Part shown: piece by piece, positions 33,522-43,131 of the stretch
Numbering within the stretch: the first letter of the stretch is position 1
Layout of the letters: each line of letters begins with the position of its first letter
Assembly: GCA_013416795.1 (NCBI GenBank)
Contig: RQSC01000028.1
Coordinates: 153,275 to 217,274 of the forward strand
Direction of reading: 5' to 3'
DNA: 64,000 bases
Origin: Prasinococcaceae sp. CCMP 1430
Taxonomy: Eukaryota; Plantae; Prasinodermophyta
Translations under genes and position numbers: made by a program
Notes under the pieces: model-generated
Database searches by the model: none
Seen by the model: the letters and a program-made list of their open reading frames with translations, nothing else
Told to the model about the DNA's origin: nothing

Positions 33522-35732
33522 TCACGCGACCACGAGGCCTGGAATGTCGCGCGCCAGCACCCTCTCCCACTCGGTGAGCACGCTCACAATCAAAGCGCCG
33601 TCGGATTCGAGATCGACGCACAGCGGTGCGAGCGCCTTGAGGACAAGTTGGCGCGAGAGGCCCTGGGACGCTTGCAGCGCCTGTGCCGTGTGCGCGCACG
33701 TGAGCGTCCCCTTCTCAGCGAGCACCCGACCGACGAGCTCGGCCACACGTGCCTGATCGAAGGTGAGGGAAACCTGGGGTAGCGTGAGCGCGTGCGTGCG
33801 CGCGTGTGCATGCGCGTGCGCATTGCAGGAGTGCGAACATGAGACTGTCAGCAAGACAGGATGCAGGTCCTTGCGCTGGCGCCTGCTTCATCCTGTCGTT
33901 GCGCGTGCGCGCGACGTACACATTTCACCACCCTGCCGAAATCGGCTGGAACCATGCCCTCGATGACCGCTCGCCAGTGGTCATCAGCAAGCTTCGCGGA
34001 TAGAAGCGCAAAGTCGTCGTATGTGCGTTCCATTTCCTGGAGGAGCGCTTGGACGCTCGGCGCCGCCGATGGCGCCACCGCGAGTGTCTCTTGCGTCACG
34101 CCCACCAACGCTCCTACATCGCCGCCGGCGTCCTGCTCCCCATCGATGCTGGTGGCATTTCCACCGAGCACGGCTTTGCCGATGTCCAACTCTACCGGCT
34201 TTTCGAAGGAAGGTTGTTGAAGAAAGTTTTCCGGCACGGGCGGTGCGCTGGGCGCATCCACCTGTGCGGGCGCGCCTGGCTGCAAACAGGCATCCGGCTC
34301 CAAGGGCACGCCCGGTTGTGCCAACTGCGTCGGGGGTGCCGACACCTGGACTGCCGGTTGGGCGATGACAACCGGCACCACACCAGGAACCTCAGGAACG
34401 ATGCGCATATCGCACTCGATCTTAGGATTGGTGATGCAGCAGGCCGTCTCAGCGACCATCTGCAATCTGTGCGCCACTGCTAGCACACTGCCCGCGTAGG
34501 AGTAGGATGCGCCAGGAGATACCCGCGACGGGATGGAGGTGCTACGCCCGAGCGTGGCATGGACGTGCCCGTACGCGACAGCGCGCGCGGCAGCCGGATT
34601 CGCTTTCTTCTGCTGCTTGATCGCCTTCATGGCCTCCTTATCGCGATTCTGAGCACCGTGCAGCGAGCGCGGATCGATGCTGCTGCTGCTCACCGTTGTA
34701 TGCTGTGAGTTAGAGTGGCCACCTGCGAACCATCGAATCATCTCATGCACGCCGACCTTCACCATTTCGACCTCGGTGGTACTCTCGTTCAAGAGGGCGA
34801 CTGTCGCGTTGATCGTCGCCCCGCGACAAACGGCCGTGTCGCTCACAGCGGCACCTAGCGTCATTTCGCCTCTGTTGACACAGCAGCAAAAGTTGACGCT
34901 CTGCGTGTCGGGCTGGAGGAACGCGGGCATGACCTGCGCCAAAATGGGCGCCGCCACCACCGTCATCGGCGCGTTCGCGCGCACGTCACCCACGAAACGC
35001 TCGGGACGATAAAAGCGCGCGTGCACGTAGTAGCGGATGGCGCAGTCGCCACCGCCTCCGTGCGCAACCTGCACGCGCGTGCACGGCCGAGGGTGAGCAC
35101 ATGCGCATTTGCATCAGCCCGACAGCTGGCGCAGGCGCTCGCTCCTTCATGCGCCTAGACGCGCGCCACAGGGAGGAACGCGCGCAACGCACCATGGACT
35201 CAGGCAAGTTGACCGGTAGCGTCACCTGGAATGGGTGCGCGTACTTGCCAGGCAAGACCGAGCCGCCACCATACGAGGCGAGCGGCACGTCGAGCTCGAG
35301 CAGCCGGCGGCGAGCGTACGCATGGTGATGCCGCACGTGTGTTCGCCTGTTTTTGCCTGTGCCCGTCGTGTGGGTCGTCGTCCAGTGCGTGTGCGCGTAC
35401 TCCTCGCCGATAATCTGCGCGCTCGCGCGGTCGCATGAATGCGTGTGCGCGTGAGCAGTGCACAGTGGTTGCAGGAACGCGCGCGCACTCACGCGCCTTG
35501 TCGCACCCGAACATGCTCAGACCTGAGCAGGCAGCGACACGGCTCGGCAAGCAGCGCCTACGCGCACGCGTGCGCACGCGCTACGCACCTCGATGCGCAG
35601 CTCAGTCGCGTTGCACTCGCTGCGCACGTCGGCGTACACGCACCCGGCGAACGCCTCCCCCGCGGCGACGCGCTCTGGAACCTGCACGTGCAGCGCTGCG
35701 GGCTTGCCCTTGAACAGCTCCGCGATGAACAT
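33522..35732 (-). CDS. Arrestin-fold (alpha-arrestin/ARRDC-like) protein with C-terminal extension
   Basis: Motifs FAGCVYADV..ELRIE|IIGEE, LPGKYAHPFQVTLPVNLPES, CAIRYYVHARF, FCCCVNRGEM and SYAGSVLAVAHRL. Exons 35732-35589, 35414-35193, 35068-33920, 33773-33522 give 588 aa. Confidence 0.85.
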
Positions 35733-35908
35733 GTCCCAACCCTTCCGTTCCACGGCGCGCCTTGCGCCACTTGTGCCGCCGACGAGCGGCCGCGCCGTCC
35801 TGGCCCATGAGCACGCACGCGCGCGTGTGCGCGCCGGCCGGCCCCGAGGGGAACTCGGGGAACCGCTGCATTCCCTCCGAGGCGAACGCCGCATCGCAAC
35901 TTTCGGCG

Positions 35909-35943
35909 TTTAGGGTTGGGTTTCGACAAAAATAGTTAGGGTT
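35909..35943. promoter_or_regulatory. Telo-box-like motifs upstream of the arrestin gene
   Basis: tttagggttgggttt...ttagggtt in an AT-rich island about 180 bp upstream of ATG 35732. Confidence 0.5.
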
Positions 35944-35985
35944 ACAATATGACACATCACATCCGCGGCCGCCGCCCCTCCTCAG

Positions 35986-37644
35986 TCAGTTGGCGTCCTC
36001 GAAGTCATCGCTGTACTTGATCTCGAACGACATGCCGTCCTTGATCTCCTCCGCGCTCAGCGAGCCGACGTTCTTGAGAAGGCCGATGACGTGCTCGGGA
36101 TCCTTGGTGGCCATGCCGCCGAGGAGCTTGAACTTGTGGTCGAGGATGTCGAGCAGGGGCGCGTCGGTGTTGCGCGCGTGGCCAGCCGGGTACATGACCA
36201 TGCCGCTGGACTCCCTGACGCCGTCCTTGGTGATGAGCTCCACCGAGGTGGGGATGCCGTCGGGGTAGTTGTCGTCGTACTCCTTGCCGCCATGGGTGAA
36301 CTTGATCTTCTGCATGAGCGCGCGCGTGGCCTCGTCGAAGATGGCCGGCTTAGAGTAGTCGTAGGGGTCGAGCATCAGCTGCGTCCAGCCAACCTCGCCC
36401 TGGGTCATGGCCTTGCGCATGAGCGTGGAGATGATGTACGCCATCGAGTGGTCGGCCGACTGTCGAGTGGCGGGCTTCATCTTCGCGGGGTCGCCAATGA
36501 TGCCGTAGGCGGGCTCGTAGGCGATCAGATTGAGCTCCTCCATGGTCTCGATGCGCTCGAGGATCGGCTTGGAGGTGTCGAGGAGGCTTGGGGCCTTGGG
36601 CAGGAGGTTCATGACGCCCTGGATGGCACCCGCCGACTGGTGCTCGTACAGGCCGAGCTTGAAGTGCATGCCCATGATGGTGAAATCATCGCCCGAGTTG
36701 GAGAGCTCGAGGTCGAAGGGCGCCTCGTACTCAGGCCCGAGGTTGGGCTCGACGCCCACCTTCTGCAGCATCTGGCCGGGCCCCTCGAACAGCCGGAAGA
36801 TGGCCTCGGGGTTTCGGAAGATGTCGCGCGGGCCCATGAAGCCGGCCATCGAGCGCTTGACGGACACGACGGCGGCCTCCGACGATATGGCGGCCGATGC
36901 GCCCTTGGAGTCCGAGAGCTGCTTGCCGGCACGGATCGCGCGAAACGGCACGTGGTGGGCGACGACCATGCCGATGGCCGACTCGATCTGCTCCTCGCTC
37001 GCGCCCTTGAGCGCGCCGTACACGGCAGCCGACGCGATCGCGCCGTGAACGACGTGGTCGATCTTGTACGACTTCAGCGAGAATACCTCGGCCAGGCGCC
37101 CGCGGATCTCGTCGAGGCAGATCATCGCGTCGAGGGCGGTCTTGCCGTCGAGACCTTCCTCCTGCGCGGCCGCCATTACCACCGGGTAGAAGTCGTTGTG
37201 GCCGAACTCGCCGGCCTTGTGGCCGCGCTCCGGGCGATAGCCGAAGTTGGTGCCGTTGGAGTCCCACTCGCGCACTGCAGACGAGTTGGCCAGCACCGCC
37301 TTCTCGGCAGGCACGCGCGCCCCACCGCCGCCGATCAGTGTCGCCGCCGAGCCGGGTACGGCGCTGTACGCGAGCGCCTCGTTCCGCAGCACCGTTGGCG
37401 CATTGGTGCGCAGGGCGATGGCGGAGGCGCCGCACAGGTACGAGTCGGCAAAGAAGAGCGCCGTGCGGTCGCACACCGCCTGCGACGGCGATCCCTTCCC
37501 CGCGACGAAGTCCTTGGCGTACTTTGCGATGCCGAGCGCCTGGTTGGTGCCGCGCCCGAGAAAGACGGCCTCCGACGCCGTCGAGAGGCCGCGCGCGAGT
37601 GCCGCGCCAGCCGGGCGCGCCTTGGACCCCATCGCTGCCGCCAT
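35986..37644 (-). CDS. prpD: 2-methylcitrate dehydratase, MmgE/PrpD family, with a mitochondrial-presequence-like N-terminus
   Basis: Motifs ANSSAVREWDSNGTNF, GEFGHNDFYP, IDHVVHG, RAGKQLSDSKGAS, FKLGLYEHQSAGA, QSADHSM and YPAGH. Intronless, strongly GC3-biased, 552 aa. Confidence 0.88.
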   Translation of the reverse strand: MAAAMGSKARPAGAALARGLSTASEAVFLGRGTNQALGIAKYAKDFVAGKGSPSQAVCDRTALFFADSYLCGASAIALRTNAPTVLRNEALAYSAVPGSAATLIGGGGARVPAEKAVLANSSAVREWDSNGTNFGYRPERGHKAGEFGHNDFYPVVMAAAQEEGLDGKTALDAMICLDEIRGRLAEVFSLKSYKIDHVVHGAIASAAVYGALKGASEEQIESAIGMVVAHHVPFRAIRAGKQLSDSKGASAAISSEAAVVSVKRSMAGFMGPRDIFRNPEAIFRLFEGPGQMLQKVGVEPNLGPEYEAPFDLELSNSGDDFTIMGMHFKLGLYEHQSAGAIQGVMNLLPKAPSLLDTSKPILERIETMEELNLIAYEPAYGIIGDPAKMKPATRQSADHSMAYIISTLMRKAMTQGEVGWTQLMLDPYDYSKPAIFDEATRALMQKIKFTHGGKEYDDNYPDGIPTSVELITKDGVRESSGMVMYPAGHARNTDAPLLDILDHKFKLLGGMATKDPEHVIGLLKNVGSLSAEEIKDGMSFEIKYSDDFEDAN

Positions 37645-37945
37645 CCGCACGCGCGGGGCGGGGTGGGGGCAACGAAAAGGAGAGCGATCAGACGGGAGGA
37701 TGCGAGGGGCGCCTCCCTCTCGCCCGTTGTGGCGTCGGCGCCCGCGCCCCCCCCCCCCTCCCCCCCTCCCCCCAAAACGCCAACGCTGCTGTTGCTGCGT
37801 GGCGGCACGCGATTCCCCCTCGTTCCCGCCGCGCCAAGCGCATTCGTTTTGACTCACAAAACACTGATATTCAGACTCGAACTCACGTGGGGGGCCTGCG
37901 CGCGGCCGAGCTCAATTCGAATCGAACGCCGCAAAAATAAACCCT

Positions 37946-38521
37946 ATGTACGACTCGAAACCCCAACACGCGAAACACCCAAACCTCAACACGTTCTTTC
38001 TGCGGGCCGCGCGCGCCGCGCCGCCGCCACAGCGCGGGCGGGCGGGTGTCGCTCGAGTGCTGCTCGCGCGCCCAGGAGGCGGCGCGTCGCGCGGAGCTGC
38101 GGGCGCTGCGGGTGGGCCGGGCGAGGTGGGCGGGGTGGGCGAGGTGGGTGAGGCTGACGGCGCGGAGCTACCCGAGCACGTGGCGGACGAGGATGAAATC
38201 GAGGCGAAGCGCATGGCGGCCCGGATGGCGAAGGTGATGGGGGGCGTGTCAATGAGTACACTCAAGCAGGAGCGCGACGCTGGGATCGAAGCTCTCGTCG
38301 CCGCGCGCGTGCGGCTGCGCTCCGATCGCGACGGCACCCTGCCCGCCGCGGCACTCGCCGCGCTGCTCGCTGAGCGTGACAGCGGCGCGGCTGTCGGCGA
38401 CCTAGCTGCCAGGTATGACGTTGACGAGGAAACGCTGCGGACTGCGCTGTTGCACGTGTGCTACATTCGGCCTGTCGTGATCGAACGGGTGGAGAATGAG
38501 GCACTGCCACCTATGCGATAA
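37946..38521 (+). CDS. Small hypothetical protein, possibly NDUFAF4-like complex I assembly factor (start uncertain)
   Basis: C-terminal DGTLPAAALAALL...DLAARYDVDEETLRTALLHV resembles my recollection of the GTL...iA.kY.ld...v..ll pattern of NDUFAF4-like proteins. Not verified. Confidence 0.45.
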   Translation: MYDSKPQHAKHPNLNTFFLRAARAAPPPQRGRAGVARVLLARPGGGASRGAAGAAGGPGEVGGVGEVGEADGAELPEHVADEDEIEAKRMAARMAKVMGGVSMSTLKQERDAGIEALVAARVRLRSDRDGTLPAAALAALLAERDSGAAVGDLAARYDVDEETLRTALLHVCYIRPVVIERVENEALPPMR

Positions 38522-38752
38522 TACACTGCTGCACCACTGCGGACGAAGCACGCGCTCTCTCCAGCGCGCGCGTGCGAGCGCTACTGCTTGGCCCTCTAGT
38601 CCACGTGTCGGTGGCATGAATGCAATGGTACAGGTGGCATTTATCATTACAGTGTCGCAGCCGTCGCTGCTGCCGCGGCGGCGACGGCAGCAGCAGCGGG
38701 TGCAGTGTGTGTGTGTGTGTGGTGGTGTGTGGGGGGGTTAACCAGCTGCGTC

Positions 38753-39769
38753 TCAATGCGTGCCGCCGCCCGCAGCAGCAGCGGCGACATCCTCAGCGGC
38801 ATCCTGCTCCTCGAGCTCCTTCGCCAGGCGCTTGCGCTCCGCTGCCTGCCGCATTCGCTGCAGCACCATATCCTCGAAGCCCCGATGCCCCAGCGCCGTG
38901 GCAGTGGCGGGCTTGGCTGCCGCGGCCGGCTTTGCCGCTCCATGCTGCCCCTGCTGCTGCTTCTGCTGCGGCTGCGGCTTCAGCTCGGCAGCCGCCGCAG
39001 CAACCTTTGGTTGAGCGCTTTGACCGACCTGATACGACGGGTGCCTACTCACGGTGAGTGGCGCTTCCCGTCGGCCGCAGGTACCCGCCGCTGCCCTCGC
39101 TGCCGCCAGGTCGTCCGCCATGACGACCCATGCCACGCCCTTCTTCTTGCGCGCGCCGAGCAGGATGACGTCGTCGACGCCGCCATACGCGCTTAAAGCA
39201 ACACGCAACGCATCTGCGCCGTACTCGCCGAGCGCGAGTAGCCATGTGACCTTGAGCGTGCGCGCAATCTGCGGGTCGTCGTCCTCCGCAACGGTAGCCG
39301 CCGTGGGACCGCCGCCGCGCGCTGCCGCCCCGTCGCCGGCAGCGTCCCTCTCGCGCTTCGCGCGCAGACGCGCGAGCTCTGCCGCGAGCCTCGCCGCCGC
39401 CTCCGCCTCGCGGTCCTTCTCAACCGCAGCATTCCTCTCGCGCGCCTCGAGTTCCTCCATCATGCGCCGTCTCTTTGCGCTTTGCTGCATGCGTGCCGCC
39501 TCGCGCTCACGCCGGATGACGTACACGGCGTCGAAGGCCGCGCGCGCGGTCGCGTCGCAGAGCGCGTCATACGCCTTCTGAATCTTGTCGAACATCTCTG
39601 CGGCTGCCTCGCGCGCTGCTTCGCCCCCCTTGGCTTTGTCGGGATGGTGCAGGAGCGCCTGCCTGCGGTACGCCTTCTTGATCGCTGCGGCGTCGACAGC
39701 TGACGGGTCATCGCCGCCGTCGAGGCCCAGCAGCTCGTAGAAGTCAACGAAGCCCGCGGATGATGCCAT
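38753..39769 (-). CDS. DNAJC17: J-domain protein with degenerate RRM (DNAJC17/Cwf23-like spliceosomal co-chaperone)
   Basis: DFYELLG...IKKAYRRQALLHHPDK (HPD), coiled coil with MMEELEARER, TLKVTW...ALSAYG.VDDV, and C-terminal FEDMVLQRMRQAAERKRL. Confidence 0.88.
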   Translation of the reverse strand: MASSAGFVDFYELLGLDGGDDPSAVDAAAIKKAYRRQALLHHPDKAKGGEAAREAAAEMFDKIQKAYDALCDATARAAFDAVYVIRREREAARMQQSAKRRRMMEELEARERNAAVEKDREAEAAARLAAELARLRAKRERDAAGDGAAARGGGPTAATVAEDDDPQIARTLKVTWLLALGEYGADALRVALSAYGGVDDVILLGARKKKGVAWVVMADDLAAARAAAGTCGRREAPLTVSRHPSYQVGQSAQPKVAAAAAELKPQPQQKQQQGQHGAAKPAAAAKPATATALGHRGFEDMVLQRMRQAAERKRLAKELEEQDAAEDVAAAAAGGGTH

Positions 39770-39996
39770 CACGGCGGCCGCCGCGGACGGTCGCGCGGCG
39801 GGCCGGGAGGCGCACGGGAGTCCCGTGCGTCCACTTGCTTCCCTCCCACCTGACGCCCTCGCTGCTCGCACACGGTGTGACGCGCCCCGAATCGGAACGT
39901 TCACATATGGCGGCCCTGGGGGCGATGCGCCACACTGCACGCCCCCGGCGGTGGCCGGGGTGGACATAGTCGGGGGTCGGGGCTGAGGCCCCGCGG

Positions 39997-40128
39997 GGTC
40001 GGGGGAGGGCGCTCACCCCCACCCCGCGTGGTGTTCTCGACCCTGCGGGGGGTCGCGAGGAGGCGCTCACCCCCTCCTGCGCGGGATTTCTCCGCCCTGA
40101 GCGGGATCGGGAGCGGGCGCTCGCCGCA
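39997..40128. repeat. Three imperfect ~50-bp direct repeats in a divergent intergenic region
   Basis: gggtcgggggagggcgctcacccccaccccgcg / gggtcgcgaggaggcgctcaccccctcctgcg / gggatcgggagcgggcgctcgccgcactc. Confidence 0.6.
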
Positions 40129-40167
40129 CTCAATCCCCCGCGGTGGGCTTCTCAGCTCTACGTCGTG

Positions 40168-40715
40168 ATGAGCGGTGGAGGGCTGTGGTCGACGCAGACA
40201 GAGCAGCCGACGGCGCCGACGGACCTGCCCAGTGGATGGGAAGCGTACTTCTCAGAGGAGTATGGGCGGTACTACTTCCACCACGGGGAGAGCGGTGCCA
40301 CGCAGTGGGTCCTGCCGCGCGCCCCCGGCCGAGAGCATGTTGGCTGGGTCGTGTCTCTCGTCGTGGCTACGCTCGTCGCCGCCGCTTTCTATTTCCGCAT
40401 CACGTACCTCCAGAAGGTGCGCGCGCTACGACGCAACGACGCCACGGCCTGGCGGGCGCTCAGCCCAGCAGCCACGACGCGTGCCTTTGCTGACCCATGC
40501 GCCGTCCCACGCGCTCGCGTTCCTTGTGCCCCATCGCTCTGTACCCACACCCGTTGCGTTGCCTTCCGCAGCACTACCCGGAGATGCTCAAGCCCACGCG
40601 CGTACGCAAGGAACGCGCCGGCAACCGCATCTCGGGCTTCGACAAGTTCAAGGCCTCCAAGCCGAGGGGCAAGATGTCGCAGGACGGCAAGGGCGGGCGC
40701 TCGGCAAACAGCTGA
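40168..40715 (+). CDS. Small WW-domain single-pass membrane protein (130 aa)
   Basis: LPSGWEAYFSEEYGRYYFHHGESGATQWVLP (WW domain), TM segment VGWVVSLVVATLVAAAFYF, and a basic tail. Exons 40168-40416 and 40572-40715. Confidence 0.85.
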
Positions 40716-40935
40716 GGGCGACCGCCTCTTGCCGAGCGCTGATTCGCACGCTAATCCCTTGCACACACACACAAGCGCTGGCGAGCGCCTCACACGCGCA
40801 CGCGCGCGCTCGCCTGCGTGCGCTGCCCAGCGTGCGTCAAAAGTCACCCCGGTGGCTGATGTTTCATTATGATAAAGCGCGCCCTGCCGCCCGTACAGGG
40901 TGGGGGGTGGGGTGGGGTAGGGGCTAGAGCTAGAG

Positions 40936-43131
40936 CTAGTCATCCCCGTCGTCGCCTTTCCCCTTGCCCGCGCCGTCGGGCTGGGCACCACCGGGCGTTT
41001 TCTTGCGCCTGAATTTGCTCAACAACGATCCCTTCTTCTGAGCTCCGGCCTTCTCTATGAAGAGCTTTAGGTACGGGTTCTCGGCCTTCTCGTGCGTTCG
41101 CACGGCAATCCTGAGATCGTCGGAGGTCTTGAGCGTGATATGGTGCTTCTCCTCGTCCTCGAACTTGATGATGTACGACTCGATGAAAACCTTGCCCACT
41201 GCGATGACGAGCTCCTCGTACGACACGTCTGGGTCGAGTTCGAGGAAGCGGATCTCCTCGTCGAGGAAAAGCTTGACCTGCACCATGTGCACATCCTCCC
41301 TCTCCGGGGGCTCAAACGTCTTCAGTCGGTCGATCTCGTCCATCATCTCCTGCACGTCCTGGTTGAGGCGCTCGATCTCCTCCTCGGCCTTGAGGCGCAG
41401 CTCCTCCTTTGTGGCCACCGCTTTTTGCAGCGACTGGCGCAGCTTCTGCTCGGCCTCAAGCTGACGAATGAGGTGCTCGCGTTGCTTTCGCTCGCTCTCG
41501 AAGTCGCTGAGGATGTGCAGGCGCGACTTGCGCTCTGCGTCGAGTTGCTTCGACAACGCGGCCTTGTCCTTGCGCTCCTTCTCGACGGTCTCGCTCAGCT
41601 GCTTGATCTGACGATCAGCTTCCATGAGCTTGGCCTGCGTTTCCCGGTGGCTTGCCTTCTCCGCCTCGAGCTTCTCCACGGTGTCCGCGTGGCTCTTCTC
41701 CTCGTTGTCCTTCTCCGCGCGCATGGTCTCGATCATGTTGAGGCGCGCCTCGAGCTGCGTCAGCAGGTCCTGGCGCGAGCGCGCAAACTGTCCCTGCAGC
41801 GTCTGCCGCGCGCGCTGGTCGGTCTCGAGCTGCTTCTGCAGGTCGCGCCGGTCCTCCTCGAGGCGCGCCACCTGCTCCTCGAGGCGGGCTCGCCCGGACT
41901 CGCTCTGCTGGAGCAGGCCCTGCAGCGACTCAAGGTCGCCGCGGCTGCGCTGGAATTGGCCCTGCAGGTGGTCGCGGTTCTTGTTCTCGCCGTCGAGCTG
42001 CGCGCGCAGCGCGCCGCGCATGCGCTCCTCGTCCTGCAGCTGCATCTGCAGCTCCTGTCGCGAGCGCTCCTCCGCCTCGAGGAGCTCTTGCAGGTTGCGC
42101 CGCGCGCGCTCCTCCTCCTCGAGCTGCGCCTCCACGTCCACGCGCAGCTTGCGCTCGGCGTCCAGGCGCTGCTCGAAGTCGACCTCCACGCCGAGTTTGC
42201 GGTACACCTCGCTCTCTTCTGGCAGGCGGTGCCACTGCTTCACACAATCCTCCATCCACAAGTGGTTGACGATCTCGAGCGACTGCCCTTCGAGCTTGAA
42301 GAGGAGCGCCTTGGCGTAAATCTCCGACTCGGCACGGTAGCAGATCAGGTGCGTGGTCTTTTTGGTGAAGTTCTGGTTGAAAGCCGCGCCGGAGGCCTCG
42401 ATGAGCTCGCGGATGTCGTTGCGGATAGGTCCCTTGTATCCGGCCACGCTGACTACGCACCCCTCCATGCCCGTCACGCCGTTTTCGTCGCGGATGGGCG
42501 CGTAGAGCACCTTGTCGGTGTGCGGCACCACGCGCCGCGCCGTCAGGCAGTCCTCCAGCCACGCGTACGACACGATAATGCGATTGTCGCGCAGCGCAGC
42601 TTCGTAGTCCGCGCCGTACTGGTACGGCGTCATCAGGTGCGTGCAGTCGGGCGTGTAGCGCTCGCGCACCCGCGCGCCCAGCATCTGCAGCTCGTTGCGC
42701 ACGGCAGCCGTGTCCGCCTCGGAGTAGTTTACCACGGCACACGTCACGCCTTCGAAGTACACGAGCATCTCCTCCATGCCCGCGAAGTATTCGGGTCGCG
42801 TGTCCTCTGCGACGGGCGCGCCATACATCTCCGCGCCCAACGCGTCGGCCGCGCCAATCCCAGCCCCGCCGTTGCCGCCAACGTCGTGCGCTCCGGGGGC
42901 GCCCTGCGCGCCGCCGTCGCCGACGCTGTCACCCATGCCCGGGCTCGCGAAGTCCTGTCCGAGCGGGGGCAGGAACGACGCAGACGAGCCCTGGGCGCCC
43001 GCCGAGTAGTTGCCGAATCCTGGCGTCTGGCTGGACGCGCCCGGCGCGCTGACGCTCGCGCTGCTCGGCATCACGCCCAGCCCGCCCTCGCCAGGCGGCG
43101 CGCCGCTGCCCGGCGCATAGTACCCCGACAT
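40936..43131 (-). CDS. Tandem-BRCT + long coiled-coil + PB1 domain protein (731 aa, intronless)
   Basis: BRCT1 (FEGVTC...LGAR...CTHLM...IVSYAWLEDC), BRCT2 (MEGCVVSVAGY...ASGA...TTHLIC...IVNHLWMEDC), heptad E/Q/R/L stretch, and PB1 (VKLFLDEEIRF...SYEEL...IKFEDEEKHHITLKTSDDL). Confidence 0.87.
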   Translation of the reverse strand: MSGYYAPGSGAPPGEGGLGVMPSSASVSAPGASSQTPGFGNYSAGAQGSSASFLPPLGQDFASPGMGDSVGDGGAQGAPGAHDVGGNGGAGIGAADALGAEMYGAPVAEDTRPEYFAGMEEMLVYFEGVTCAVVNYSEADTAAVRNELQMLGARVRERYTPDCTHLMTPYQYGADYEAALRDNRIIVSYAWLEDCLTARRVVPHTDKVLYAPIRDENGVTGMEGCVVSVAGYKGPIRNDIRELIEASGAAFNQNFTKKTTHLICYRAESEIYAKALLFKLEGQSLEIVNHLWMEDCVKQWHRLPEESEVYRKLGVEVDFEQRLDAERKLRVDVEAQLEEEERARRNLQELLEAEERSRQELQMQLQDEERMRGALRAQLDGENKNRDHLQGQFQRSRGDLESLQGLLQQSESGRARLEEQVARLEEDRRDLQKQLETDQRARQTLQGQFARSRQDLLTQLEARLNMIETMRAEKDNEEKSHADTVEKLEAEKASHRETQAKLMEADRQIKQLSETVEKERKDKAALSKQLDAERKSRLHILSDFESERKQREHLIRQLEAEQKLRQSLQKAVATKEELRLKAEEEIERLNQDVQEMMDEIDRLKTFEPPEREDVHMVQVKLFLDEEIRFLELDPDVSYEELVIAVGKVFIESYIIKFEDEEKHHITLKTSDDLRIAVRTHEKAENPYLKLFIEKAGAQKKGSLLSKFRRKKTPGGAQPDGAGKGKGDDGDD

